From NCBI GenBank assembly GCA_001785445.1, contig MFTV01000016.1, forward strand, positions 95,653-159,652: DNA of 64,000 nucleotides, in the 5' to 3' direction. Numbering within the stretch: position 1 is the first letter of the stretch; each line of letters starts with the position of its first letter. Positions 28,472 through 37,674 of this stretch are shown here, piece after piece. The DNA is from Candidatus Nomurabacteria bacterium RIFCSPHIGHO2_02_40_30. Its GTDB lineage: Bacteria > Patescibacteriota > Minisyncoccia > Phycocordibacterales > UBA9973. The notes beneath the pieces were generated by a model that was given only the letters and a program-made list of their open reading frames with translations, was not told where the DNA came from and made no database searches. The position numbers and the translations under genes were made by a program.

Positions 28472-29334
28472 TATCGTTTTAATATTCCTTCTGGCTTAAT
28501 AAAAAGAATTATTATAAGAATAGCAAATGGTACTGCCTGTATCCAATCACCGCCGAAAAACACGACCGTAAGCTGTTGCGCGACAGCGAGAATAAAAGCT
28601 CCAAGGATGCCGCCCCAAAAGCTCCACATGCCCCCCACCACAGAGGCAACCACAGTAGGCAGCATAATCAAAAGCCCAGAAGCAGGAATGTTTCCAAGAT
28701 CAAGTGCTTGAATGATACCGGCAAAACCCCCGATCATGCCAGAGAGAAAAAAGATTTTCATTAATGTTCCCTCTTTTGAGATTCCTACAAGTTCAGCTAC
28801 TTCGCTATCATCTTCTATCGCTCGCATAGCTACTCCAAAACGAGTTTTACGCCTAAGATATGCCAAGAAAAAAATTATAACTGGAGTAACAGTAATAGAT
28901 AAGACCTGCACAATATTAAGGGATGCGCCTAAAATATCTATTGTGTATATGTCGCTTAATTTTCTCGCCGCCAAAGAAAGCTGATTGCCAAAGAGCATAC
29001 CTAGCCCCGCTGATGTGGCCGCTAAAAGGCCGAAGGAAGCAATTAAAGAAACTAAAGTCTTTGCTTTGCGGCGAAGTAATATACTAAAGACAAATTTGTA
29101 GCATAAAAGTAAGTACAACCCCGAAATGGCGAAACTGCACAAAATTGAGACGAAAAAATTAATCCCAAGCATCCGGTACAAAAAGAATGCCATATAACTA
29201 CCGACCAGAAAAGCTCCTCCGTAGGAAAAATTAAAAAATTTTATACTTCGCAGAGTAAAGCCAAAACCAATGGCAAGAAGCGAATAGTACATCCAAGCTG
29301 AAAGTGTATAGAGAAGTAGTTGCCACAGTACCAT
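28471..29334 (-). CDS. livH: branched-chain amino acid ABC transporter permease (LivH-like)
   Basis: Polytopic membrane protein. Its start overlaps livM. Confidence 0.8.
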   Translation of the reverse strand: MVLWQLLLYTLSAWMYYSLLAIGFGFTLRSIKFFNFSYGGAFLVGSYMAFFLYRMLGINFFVSILCSFAISGLYLLLCYKFVFSILLRRKAKTLVSLIASFGLLAATSAGLGMLFGNQLSLAARKLSDIYTIDILGASLNIVQVLSITVTPVIIFFLAYLRRKTRFGVAMRAIEDDSEVAELVGISKEGTLMKIFFLSGMIGGFAGIIQALDLGNIPASGLLIMLPTVVASVVGGMWSFWGGILGAFILAVAQQLTVVFFGGDWIQAVPFAILIIILFIKPEGILKR

Positions 29335-29408
29335 ATATCTGAATTATATAACTAAACAAACAAAAAAGGCATGATGCCTTTTTTGTTTGTTATTCTTTTC
29401 ACCCATTG

Positions 29409-30536
29409 TTACTTCATTTCCTCCGCCTTGCCATTCTTTGCCACTTTAATGATGTATGCGGCAGAAACAGGGTCTCCGTTTGCGTCAAACATATGTTCTT
29501 TTGACGAGATGCCTCCGGTGTACTTGATTTTGTACAAGGCATTCTTGATCGAAGTACCGTCGGCCTTGCCGGCTTTCTTGATGGCTTCAGCAATTATCTT
29601 TACTCCGTCATATGCGTAGTTAGAACAGTAGACCAAGTCTTCCTTGCCGAGTTTTATTTTCATCTTAGCCTTGAACTCGTCGCTTGAGTTGGTTCCGACG
29701 ACTGTGAACATGGCGCCGTCACCGAGCTTGCCCAGCTCGCTCCAAATTTTTGTATCATCCCAAGCATCTGCGCCGAAGAACAGAGTCTTAAGATTAAGGT
29801 CACTCGCTTGTTTGAGTCCGGCAATAGAAGCATCGGTGTAACCGGCAAAGTATACGGCATCGGGGTTTTTAGCCTTGATGGTGGTCAGTTGAGTTTTGAG
29901 GTCTTTCGCGTCAGGATTGAAAGAATCATCCGAAACGATAGTACCACCAGCTTTTACAAATGCGCTGTTAAACGCTTTGCGCAAACCCTCCCCCCAGTCA
30001 TTCTTCACGGCGAGCAGGGCAACCTTTGTCTTGCCATTCTGCATCAGATATTTTGCGGCGTAGTCTGCTTGAAAGAGGTCAGAGGGGACATCTCGGAAAA
30101 TATAATCTCCAGCCGCAGTTATAAGCGGGCTGGTAGAACAGTAAGAAAGCTGAACGACTTTTGCCGCTTCTGCAATCGGGGCTTCACCAAGGGTTGCCCC
30201 CGAACACAAACTGCCTAAAACAGCCACCACTTTATCAGTATTAACAAGTTTGGACATGGCATTTGCCCCAGTAGCTCCAGTACATAAGTCGTCCTCGTAG
30301 ACTACTTCAATCTTTTTGCCGAGGACTCCTCCGGCGGCATTTATTTCTTCCACGGCAATCATTACTGCCGCTCGGGCATTTTCTCCCATATTGGCCAGCT
30401 CGCCGGAGAGCGGACCGACGAAACCAATCTTGATACTTTCAGAACTAGTGCTACCATTTTTAGACATAGATGATATGCCCCAAATAACAAGAATTATAAC
30501 CACTACCCACACAATAACCTTCGTTGTTGTATTCAT
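29409..30536 (-). CDS. livK: ABC transporter substrate-binding protein, LivK/LivJ family
   Basis: N-terminal TM/signal anchor. Periplasmic binding protein type I features ('IKIGFVGPLSG', 'EVVYEDD'). Confidence 0.85.
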   Translation of the reverse strand: MNTTTKVIVWVVVIILVIWGISSMSKNGSTSSESIKIGFVGPLSGELANMGENARAAVMIAVEEINAAGGVLGKKIEVVYEDDLCTGATGANAMSKLVNTDKVVAVLGSLCSGATLGEAPIAEAAKVVQLSYCSTSPLITAAGDYIFRDVPSDLFQADYAAKYLMQNGKTKVALLAVKNDWGEGLRKAFNSAFVKAGGTIVSDDSFNPDAKDLKTQLTTIKAKNPDAVYFAGYTDASIAGLKQASDLNLKTLFFGADAWDDTKIWSELGKLGDGAMFTVVGTNSSDEFKAKMKIKLGKEDLVYCSNYAYDGVKIIAEAIKKAGKADGTSIKNALYKIKYTGGISSKEHMFDANGDPVSAAYIIKVAKNGKAEEMK

Positions 30537-30733
30537 GTTTTAATAAATTAAACTAATAATAGACTACTTAATAATCAATATATAAATGCAGTATATAAAA
30601 TAAAAACAAATTGTCAAATTTTATAGTCAATATCTATGTTAATAACTCCTTAGTTTAATATATTTAAAACCAAAGTATATTATTTTGTGGAAAAGTATTG
30701 ACACAGATATACTAAATAATATATACTGTTTTC

Positions 30734-31522
30734 GTGATTCATACACCAAAGCAAGAATATAGAGAACTAGAACAATCACTGGTAGAAATAGGACTTTCTA
30801 GTAAAGAAGCCGGCGTATACCTCGCGCTACTTACTCTGGGGCACGGAACAGTGTCACAAATATCCCGCCGAGCGAATATTAACCGTACGACAGGGTATGA
30901 CATTTTAGATTCCCTTTCCGCAAAAGGGCTAGTTAGTATTTCCGGCAAGGAACCCAAGCAAGAGTACAGCGCCGAGTCGCCAGAAAACTTAAGTAAATTT
31001 ATTTCCGAAGAAATAAAAGAAAAAAATAAGATTTTAGAAAAAACGGAGGAGATTATTCCAGAGTTAAAATCAGTCCACAATATAAAAGACAGACCCAGAG
31101 TGCTTTTTTATGAAGGCAGAGGTGGGCTGGAAAAAGTCTACGAAGATACGCTTACCTCAACTGAACCGATAAGGGCTTATGCCAACGTAGAGCACATGAC
31201 TGTCGGATTGCCGGGCTATTTCCCAGAATATTTTAAAAGACGGGCGCAAAAAGGTATTTTCATTCGTGGTATTGGCCCAAAGACAGAAGACAACCTCGAG
31301 CTGGCAAAGCGTAACACTGACGAAAAACGTGAAACAGCCTTGGTGCCGAAAGACAAGTACGACTTTGTCCCAGAGATAAATATTTATGACAATAAAGTTA
31401 TGATAGCTTCGTGGCGGGAACAGCTCGGCATCATTATTGAAAGCACAGAAATAGCCAATGCCATGAAAGTTATTTACGAACTAGCTTGGGCCGAAGCTAA
31501 AAGACTAGAAAAAGAAAGCTAA
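30734..31522 (+). CDS. TrmB-family HTH transcriptional regulator
   Basis: N-terminal 'LVEIGLSSKEAGVYLALLTLGHGTVSQISRRANINRTTGYDILDSLSAKGLV' (TrmB HTH). Divergent from the liv operon. Confidence 0.6.
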   Translation: MIHTPKQEYRELEQSLVEIGLSSKEAGVYLALLTLGHGTVSQISRRANINRTTGYDILDSLSAKGLVSISGKEPKQEYSAESPENLSKFISEEIKEKNKILEKTEEIIPELKSVHNIKDRPRVLFYEGRGGLEKVYEDTLTSTEPIRAYANVEHMTVGLPGYFPEYFKRRAQKGIFIRGIGPKTEDNLELAKRNTDEKRETALVPKDKYDFVPEINIYDNKVMIASWREQLGIIIESTEIANAMKVIYELAWAEAKRLEKES

Positions 31523-31567
31523 AAAAAGAATGGCCACGCTTGCCCGTAGGGTATCCCTAATATCTCC

Positions 31568-32410
31568 TTAAGCGTTTTGGTAGGGTAATTTATTAAACAA
31601 ACTAAACTCTTGAGAAATTTTCTGTTTCTTAAATCTTATAAAATCAAGCTTATATTTATTTCTAATTTTGCCATCATGTAAAAGTCTGTCATTTATCATC
31701 TTGTAATATTCTGGATGAATTTCGCAGCTGATAAAATTGCGTTTAAGTTTTTTACAAAGTGTTAATTCACTCCCACTACCACCAAATAGTACAAAGACAT
31801 CATCGTTTACTTTAGTGCAGGACTTTATCAGCATTTCAACAAGAGATAGGGGTATTTGGCAAGCATGAAATGTCTTGTCTTTAGAAACATTTTTTACAAG
31901 ATCAAAATAAAACCAGCTGTATGGCATCCTGCCTAAATGCCCAGCTGCAATACGCCCCTTAATTCTTTTATCTTGAGGATTTTGGTATGGTAAAGCCACT
32001 TGTTCTTTATAAAAATTATTATTTTTTGATTTTGTTGCATGTAAAATAGAACGATGCGCAGTTGTAAAACGTCTTGGTGTGTGTCCAACATTAGTATTAT
32101 ACGTCCAAACATAATCTTGAACATTAAAAGCATTGTCATCTAGATACTTTACTCGCAGATGAGCATTTTGCTTGGGGTAATTCATCATAAAAAGATTGCC
32201 GGTTGGTTTCAACACCCTTATGCATTCTTGGGTCAGTTTTATATACCAATCAATGTAATCATCCCACTTTGCTTTGTAATTTTTGCCCGCGTAATTAATC
32301 CCGACATTGTAATCCGGATCGCCATATATCATATCAACCGAATTGTCCGGCATTTTAGCCAATATTTTCATTACATCATCATTGAATACTTTGTTTTTGA
32401 ATTTTTCCAT
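31568..32410 (-). CDS. beta-class DNA methyltransferase (N6-adenine or N4-cytosine), type II R-M
   Basis: Motif IV 'GDPDYN' near the N-terminus and motif I 'VLFGGSGS' near the C-terminus (beta permutation). Confidence 0.8.
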   Translation of the reverse strand: MEKFKNKVFNDDVMKILAKMPDNSVDMIYGDPDYNVGINYAGKNYKAKWDDYIDWYIKLTQECIRVLKPTGNLFMMNYPKQNAHLRVKYLDDNAFNVQDYVWTYNTNVGHTPRRFTTAHRSILHATKSKNNNFYKEQVALPYQNPQDKRIKGRIAAGHLGRMPYSWFYFDLVKNVSKDKTFHACQIPLSLVEMLIKSCTKVNDDVFVLFGGSGSELTLCKKLKRNFISCEIHPEYYKMINDRLLHDGKIRNKYKLDFIRFKKQKISQEFSLFNKLPYQNA

Positions 32411-32417
32411 AATTTTT

Positions 32418-33251
32418 CTAATTACTCTGAGTAATTAACTTATATTCGGCAGATTTTATAAAAACAATCGATGTTATGTCTAGTGGTTTCTTAAATGTAT
32501 ATGCCCACAATTTCAGTAAATCGCCACCTTTGGATTTTTCTCTCAGAACATAAACGCAAAATATATTCTTAATTTTTCCTTTTAATTCAGTCTTTCGGTT
32601 GGCATTGAAATAATATAAAAACGGATGATATAGTTGATAAATAGAAAAATTCTCAGGTCTACCATTCTTGCCTTCAAATATACCAATAATGCCCTGAAAT
32701 TCAATCGTAAGATCAATTTCAATCTGTATTGAATCAAGTTGGAGTTTTATTCCCTTTCCAACAAAATATTCGAGACTAGTTTTGGTTCTATGTGGAAAAT
32801 AAGTTTTCGGACGTTTTTCAATATCTATATCTTCAAATTCTCTATCTTGGTTAAAAATAAAATGATGTAAAATTCTTTGATTGTTTGCCACTGAAAGTAT
32901 ATTACTTTCACTCGAATTATATTGATTGAGCAAGCTTTTCTTATATTTCCAATCTATCTTTTTTTGAATTGGCTCAAATTTATGAAAAACCTTATCTATG
33001 CCTTTGATAAATTGATGTTTCCCTTGTCCTTTGTGAAGGATGGCGTAATTATTTTTTATCAAAATTTCAGGAAATTTTTTTATATTATCAAGTTTAGTAA
33101 CATCAAATGGATTACCAAACCCAACCTTTTTACAAATATTTTTAACTAAATCATTGTGAAAAATATAGTTATTTTTTCTTCTGCAAACTCGAAAAAGTTC
33201 TGTTATTACTTGGTTTTTCTTACCTATTTTCATATTCTTATTATATATCAT
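32418..33251 (-). CDS. putative type II restriction endonuclease (cognate to adjacent methyltransferase)
   Basis: Unrecognisable 277 aa protein, 7 bp upstream of the MTase on the same strand. Assigned by context only. Confidence 0.4.
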   Translation of the reverse strand: MIYNKNMKIGKKNQVITELFRVCRRKNNYIFHNDLVKNICKKVGFGNPFDVTKLDNIKKFPEILIKNNYAILHKGQGKHQFIKGIDKVFHKFEPIQKKIDWKYKKSLLNQYNSSESNILSVANNQRILHHFIFNQDREFEDIDIEKRPKTYFPHRTKTSLEYFVGKGIKLQLDSIQIEIDLTIEFQGIIGIFEGKNGRPENFSIYQLYHPFLYYFNANRKTELKGKIKNIFCVYVLREKSKGGDLLKLWAYTFKKPLDITSIVFIKSAEYKLITQSN

Positions 33252-33272
33252 TTTTTAAATTTAGAACATATC

Positions 33273-33839
33273 TTAGTATTTCCTAATCACCGCCTTGAGT
33301 ACTGCATTTATATTTAAAGAATGCACAGGGTAGATTGCTTTATAATTTTTATTGGCTGGTTCCAGCCAAGTTTTGTTTCCAACCCTACGAAAGTATTTCA
33401 TAGTAAATTCTCCGTCTACCTCGGCGATGACTATTTGCCTGTCTTTGGCGACAGTCGCCCGCTCCACGAGCACCATATCCCCCTTCTCTATATGCGCATC
33501 TATCATAGAGTCGCCATCTACTTCGAGCATGTATGTAGTGGCTTTGTTTTTTACCAGCAAATCATCTAGGTTCACTGTGTCTGCAAGTTCTTCCTCGACT
33601 GTTGCTGGCAAGCCGGCAGTAACTAATCCTGCTACTTGAATTTCTCCGAATCCTTGTGAAGGAATCAGCCTCCCGAGGTGGTCTTTGGCCACAAGTCCTG
33701 CTTCCATTAATTTTTCTACCACCTTAAAAACCGCGTTCTTGGATTTGAAACCAAAGAGCTTCAGCATCTCCGAGTAACTCGGCATCCTTTTGTTCTCGGA
33801 GTAGAAAGACTCTATCTTTATTTGGTAAATATTACGCAT
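33273..33839 (-). CDS. lexA: LexA repressor (probable true start at 33785, 'MPSYSEMLKLFGF')
   Basis: N-terminal wHTH and S24 peptidase domain 'LEVDGDSMIDAHIEKGDMVLV' (Ser) with a downstream Lys in 'TMKYFRR'. A Cheo-type box lies upstream. Confidence 0.85.
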   Translation of the reverse strand: MRNIYQIKIESFYSENKRMPSYSEMLKLFGFKSKNAVFKVVEKLMEAGLVAKDHLGRLIPSQGFGEIQVAGLVTAGLPATVEEELADTVNLDDLLVKNKATTYMLEVDGDSMIDAHIEKGDMVLVERATVAKDRQIVIAEVDGEFTMKYFRRVGNKTWLEPANKNYKAIYPVHSLNINAVLKAVIRKY

Positions 33840-34038
33840 AGATGTTTTTGCGGAAGAATAAATGAATCATTCTTTGGCTAAAACTTTGCTTGGTGTGATA
33901 ACGAACTTTTTTCAAGAGAAGTCTGTGGTCTCTCGCCTCTTTTCTGTACACTTCGCCTTTGAGGATTTTCAAGTCAATTTTCTTATTCAATTTTTGGATT
34001 TCCTTCTCAAGCATCTTGAGATATTGTGTTTGTGACAT
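33832..34038 (-). CDS. small basic coiled-coil protein (68 aa), first gene of lexA operon
   Basis: ORF immediately upstream of lexA, downstream of the LexA box and promoter. No recognisable motif. Confidence 0.4.
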   Translation of the reverse strand: MSQTQYLKMLEKEIQKLNKKIDLKILKGEVYRKEARDHRLLLKKVRYHTKQSFSQRMIHLFFRKNIYA

Positions 34039-34085
34039 ATTTTTATACTAATTAATCTACTAAAACATCGACATAAATAGTATAA

Positions 34086-34101
34086 GTGAACGCTCGTTCA
34101 C
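34086..34101. promoter_or_regulatory. LexA operator (Cheo-box type GAAC-N4-GTTC palindrome)
   Basis: GTGAACgctcGTTCAC lies ~50 bp upstream of the first gene of the lexA operon. A TATACT-like -10 sits between the box and the gene. Confidence 0.6.
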
Positions 34102-34252
34102 TGTCAACAAACCAACTGTGGATAACTAAGATTAGAAAGCCGGCACTTAAGGGTGTGCCGGCGTACCCACAGGGATGAGCCCTGTACAACATATTAGAGA
34201 TCATGCTCCTTTCCGTCCCAGCTCGACTCTTCTCAAAACCACTAGCTCCATT

Positions 34253-34465
34253 TCATATGCTTCGTCTATTGTTGATTTGACGAAGTACTTTTGGCGGTGG
34301 GAGTTGTCGTCGACTCGGACTAGTTGCTTCGTGGTACTGACTGTCTCGGAGCAATTGTTTAAGACGGGCAGTGCTTTCTCTAGACTCGGCATTTTTCCAT
34401 CCTCCAATCGAAATTCCAAGCAGAACCCCAAACAGAATAAGCGTGATTCTAACCTTCCATGACAT
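34253..34465 (-). CDS. small membrane protein (70 aa, one TM, basic C-terminus)
   Basis: Strong RBS AGGAGG 7 nt upstream of the ATG and its own promoter-like motif at 34494..34524. A hairpin terminator (CCGGCAC...GTGCCGG) lies downstream at ~34140..34165. Confidence 0.45.
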   Translation of the reverse strand: MSWKVRITLILFGVLLGISIGGWKNAESRESTARLKQLLRDSQYHEATSPSRRQLPPPKVLRQINNRRSI

Positions 34466-34589
34466 TGGGAACCTCCTTGTTGTGAACTACTAGACTTGAG
34501 TTAAGTATACTACAAATAGAAAAAGGGAGGCGACGAGTCGACTCCCCACTCGTCTTTCCGAGTTGTCAAAGAGTAGAATCACTTCCGTC

Positions 34590-34793
34590 TTAAGCCGCGA
34601 ATCTGTTAGGGGCGATTTCTCTTACTAGTTGGACACTAGTACAAAATTCTCCCTGCCATACAAACTGCAGAGTTTTTCCTGCAGCTTCGGCTTCCCTCCG
34701 CTTATCTTCTATGCATCTCCGGTGGAACTCTGTGTTGCCAATCTGGACGAGATGCGTGCCGTCCAGCTGGATTATACAAATTGGGCAATTCAT
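34590..34793 (-). CDS. small zinc-ribbon protein (67 aa; CPIC...HRRC)
   Basis: GAGG RBS, and a promoter-like motif at 34824..34852 that is near-identical to the one at 34494..34524. A hairpin terminator (GACGAGTggggagtcgACTCGTC) lies downstream. Confidence 0.45.
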   Translation of the reverse strand: MNCPICIIQLDGTHLVQIGNTEFHRRCIEDKRREAEAAGKTLQFVWQGEFCTSVQLVREIAPNRFAA

Positions 34794-34862
34794 ATTGCCT
34801 CGCTTTCTTTTCTTAGATTACATTCAAGTTAAGTGTACCACAAATAAAAATCAATAGATTAT

Positions 34863-35309
34863 TTAGCTAAACTCAGTCTTTAAATACTCGAAAGCTTGGT
34901 TTAGTACCTCTCTTGCTTCTGGGAAAGTTAGCAGTTGTTTTGCTTCATTATAATTAACCCATCTTAATTCAAGAATCTCCTTTTTAAAATTTTCAGGAGT
35001 CGTAGCAGTAATAGATGATACAAAACCAATAAAATACTTTGCGGATTTATTATATTGAATACTGGCTCGCTCAAAAGAATATTTTTCAATAAATGATTTT
35101 TTATCTAAAATAACATTATTAATACCTGTTTCTTCTTGCAGTTCTCTCTTGGCAGTTTCTTCTTCTGATTCACCTGCATCCTGATGCCCCTTCGGGAACC
35201 CCCAGTGCCCTTCAGCCTCGTGGATAAGACAAAAAAGAAAATTATTATTTTCTTTAAAAACTGGAATAACACCAAACGATTGTTCTTTTTTAGTTTCCAT
35301 ATTACGCAT
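34863..35309 (-). CDS. NUDIX hydrolase
   Basis: Nudix box 'GHQDAGESEEETAKRELQEETGI' (GX5EX7REUXEEXGU). Confidence 0.85.
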   Translation of the reverse strand: MRNMETKKEQSFGVIPVFKENNNFLFCLIHEAEGHWGFPKGHQDAGESEEETAKRELQEETGINNVILDKKSFIEKYSFERASIQYNKSAKYFIGFVSSITATTPENFKKEILELRWVNYNEAKQLLTFPEAREVLNQAFEYLKTEFS

Positions 35310-35919
35310 TCACCTTCGGACGGTATTGTATTGCCTCTAGGATATGATTACTTTCAACCTCTGGAGAATTTTCAAGGTCGGCGATAGTGCGGGCAATTTT
35401 TATGACGCGGTGATACGCGCGGGCCGAAAGCCCGAGGTGCTCGGCACTGTCGTCCAGTAAGTCGCGCACTTCTTTCTTCAATTTCACCATGGTCGATAAA
35501 TCTTTCACATTCATCTCACTATTGGTAGCTATGTCTCGGCCCAGTTTCTTAAATCTTTCTTTCTGACGCACACGGGCACCTATAACCCGCGCTTTTATTT
35601 TCTCGCTATGCTCGCCCGTTCCCTCCTCACCTAGTTTTTTATAATCCACATTGCCGACAGACACCCAGATGTCGATACGGTCTATTATTGGTCCGGAGAG
35701 TTTTCTTTTATATCTATCAAGGTCGGAAGGTTTACATATGCAAGCTTTTTTCTTGCTGCCAGCATTGCCGCAAGGACATGGATTCATCGCGGCTACTAGA
35801 ATAAAATTTGACGGGAAAATCGCCGAACCTTTAGCGCGAGAAATCGAAACAATATTGTCTTCAAGCGGTTGCCTCAATGATTCGATAACCCTCTTTTCAA
35901 ATTCCGGAAATTCATCCAG
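35302..35919 (-). pseudogene. comM: 3' (C-terminal) fragment of comM/yifB (Mg-chelatase-like ATPase) separated from its 5' half by a 15 kb insertion
   Basis: The translation resumes at 'LDEFPEFEKRVIESLRQPLEDNIVSISRAKGSAIFPSNFILVAAMNPCPCG'. This is the ComM segment that normally follows Walker B 'GVLFLDE'. There is no ATG; the ORF track begins it at TTG. Confidence 0.8.
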
Positions 35920-35978
35920 GATAGTTGTCTCACAAATAGTCATAAGTAAGTTTATAAACAAAGGAAAAACCTTGATTA

Positions 35979-36593
35979 TTAAGACGATTTTACTCTTTTT
36001 ACTTCTATTGTTCCATAGTTGTTTCTATCCCTACCTGAATAATAATCCCCAGTTAAAGAGTCCGTTTCAGCATTGTAAGTAAGTTTTGTTGAACCCTCGT
36101 GTATAGCCATTGTGGACACCGCGTCATACTCTGGTTCATTTCTGAAAAAGTAAAAGAGTGCAGTTTTATTGTCTATTTCACTCCTACCAAAATTCTCATG
36201 TATGCTAACTGATTTTGATTTGTTAAAAATACCATGTATTTTTATTTTTGTTGCAGTCTGTTTAATCACAAGTTGAGCATCTATGTTGGTTGCAAATTTT
36301 TCATAGGAAGATTTTACAATGCCAATCCACTTACCATTCAAGTCATCTGCTATAACAAGTCCAAGCGATTTAAACATTTTTAGTTTCCATAGATACTTAT
36401 CAAAAAGAAAGAAAAGGAATACATATATTGCAGGGACAGAGGGTATTGAGATAAAAATCTGCATAGAAACTGGTAATTGACTTATATACTGACTAAAAAT
36501 AGAAAAAATCAAATAAGCCAAAAGAGTACTAACACTTATTAGGACAACAATGAGGACAGTAAAGATTTTATAGTTGTTTGTATTTATATTCAT
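35979..36593 (-). CDS. 2TM membrane effector-like protein (Cap15 / S-2TM-beta-like)
   Basis: Two N-terminal TM helices (IFTVLIVVLISVSTLLAYLIF; IFISIPSVPAIYVFLFFLF) followed by a ~130 aa beta-rich soluble domain. It lies 7 bp downstream of the nucleotidyltransferase gene. Confidence 0.5.
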   Translation of the reverse strand: MNINTNNYKIFTVLIVVLISVSTLLAYLIFSIFSQYISQLPVSMQIFISIPSVPAIYVFLFFLFDKYLWKLKMFKSLGLVIADDLNGKWIGIVKSSYEKFATNIDAQLVIKQTATKIKIHGIFNKSKSVSIHENFGRSEIDNKTALFYFFRNEPEYDAVSTMAIHEGSTKLTYNAETDSLTGDYYSGRDRNNYGTIEVKRVKSS

Positions 36594-36599
36594 AAAAAG

Positions 36600-37514
36600 T
36601 TAGATAGTATTCCAGTTATCCCATAAGTTTACAAGTGCGTTGATTGTTGTGTTTGCGTCTGTTATGTTCCATTGATGTTTTGAAGTACCAAAAAGTTGAT
36701 GTTGATTACTCTGTGTTACGAAACTGCTTATGTCATGTTCGTTGAGATACTTTAGTATATTAAAAACTGCTGTGTTGTTATCTCCAGTAAACATTTCATT
36801 CGGTACATTATAAACTAAACTTTGTAGAAAATATGAAGGGGCAGTTTCTTCTGACAAAAGACCCTTTTCAACGGCATAAGACCTAGCATTTTTAATAATG
36901 CGTACAACTCTCTTAAATAGATTTGAAGTTGCTTGATGTTTAGCAACTCCATTATTGTAGTGTTGGTCAGGATAATTTATTATTGTCTCTCCTGTTGCCT
37001 TATGATTAAGTAATATCCCTTCTACTTTTGAGTGATTATGTAATCCTAAAAAATATGAATATGTCCGATGTGCAATGACTGGAACAATGTCTGCCTTAAG
37101 ACGACCAGAATTTTTCAATAGTTTTATAGATTTATTACCAGTTTCATCTATAAAAGCATTCCCATAGTAGGCCTTTAGGGCAATAAGTACATCTCTGCGT
37201 AAATGAGCCAAAATGTAATCTGCAGTAAAGTAGGTTTGTTCGTGTAATAAATATTGTTCTCTGGGTAATAATAACTTGTTTGACTGAAAGACATCCAATC
37301 TAACAAGAACATCAACATCACTATCCCCTCTGGTATTTGTATCGTTTGCATATGACCCCTGTAGGTCAATTTTTACCTTGCCTGATGTTATCATTTCACG
37401 GATAGGCGAACTACTACCACTTAGGGCATTCCTAACTGACTGATATGTTGTACTTGAAAGGTCTTTTGACCCCTGTTTTGCCCAAGTATCTAATTGGTTT
37501 GCTGGTATAGACAT
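36600..37514 (-). CDS. CD-NTase/SMODS-like nucleotidyltransferase (pol-beta superfamily)
   Basis: 'DLQGSYANDTNTRGDSDVDVLV' fits GS-x(9-13)-[DE]h[DE]h, and a later 'KADIVPV' supplies a third acidic residue. At 304 aa it is far larger than minimal MNT toxins. Confidence 0.5.
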   Translation of the reverse strand: MSIPANQLDTWAKQGSKDLSSTTYQSVRNALSGSSSPIREMITSGKVKIDLQGSYANDTNTRGDSDVDVLVRLDVFQSNKLLLPREQYLLHEQTYFTADYILAHLRRDVLIALKAYYGNAFIDETGNKSIKLLKNSGRLKADIVPVIAHRTYSYFLGLHNHSKVEGILLNHKATGETIINYPDQHYNNGVAKHQATSNLFKRVVRIIKNARSYAVEKGLLSEETAPSYFLQSLVYNVPNEMFTGDNNTAVFNILKYLNEHDISSFVTQSNQHQLFGTSKHQWNITDANTTINALVNLWDNWNTI

Positions 37515-37674
37515 ATCTATAAGTGGAGTTTACCCCTATGTAATAAATAAATCAAACTTATGTGGATAAAGTTGAAAAAAGTAATGAAACTGTTAACTTA
37601 CTTACTTGATTTTTTAGAAAAAAGGAGTATATTCTCATTTATATAGAAACCGTGTAAAAATTATTTTAATTATT

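Noticed and set aside
33786-33839. Longer LexA N-terminus (MRNIYQIKIESFYSENKR) overlapping the upstream 68 aa ORF
   Set aside because: Canonical LexA begins at the wHTH. MPSYSEMLKLFGF at 33785 fits this and removes the overlap.
35920-35961. Apparent start 'MFINLLMTICETTI' of the 35302..35961 ORF
   Set aside because: The first codon is TTG and the residues are element-derived read-through. The ORF is the 3' half of a split comM, not an independent gene.
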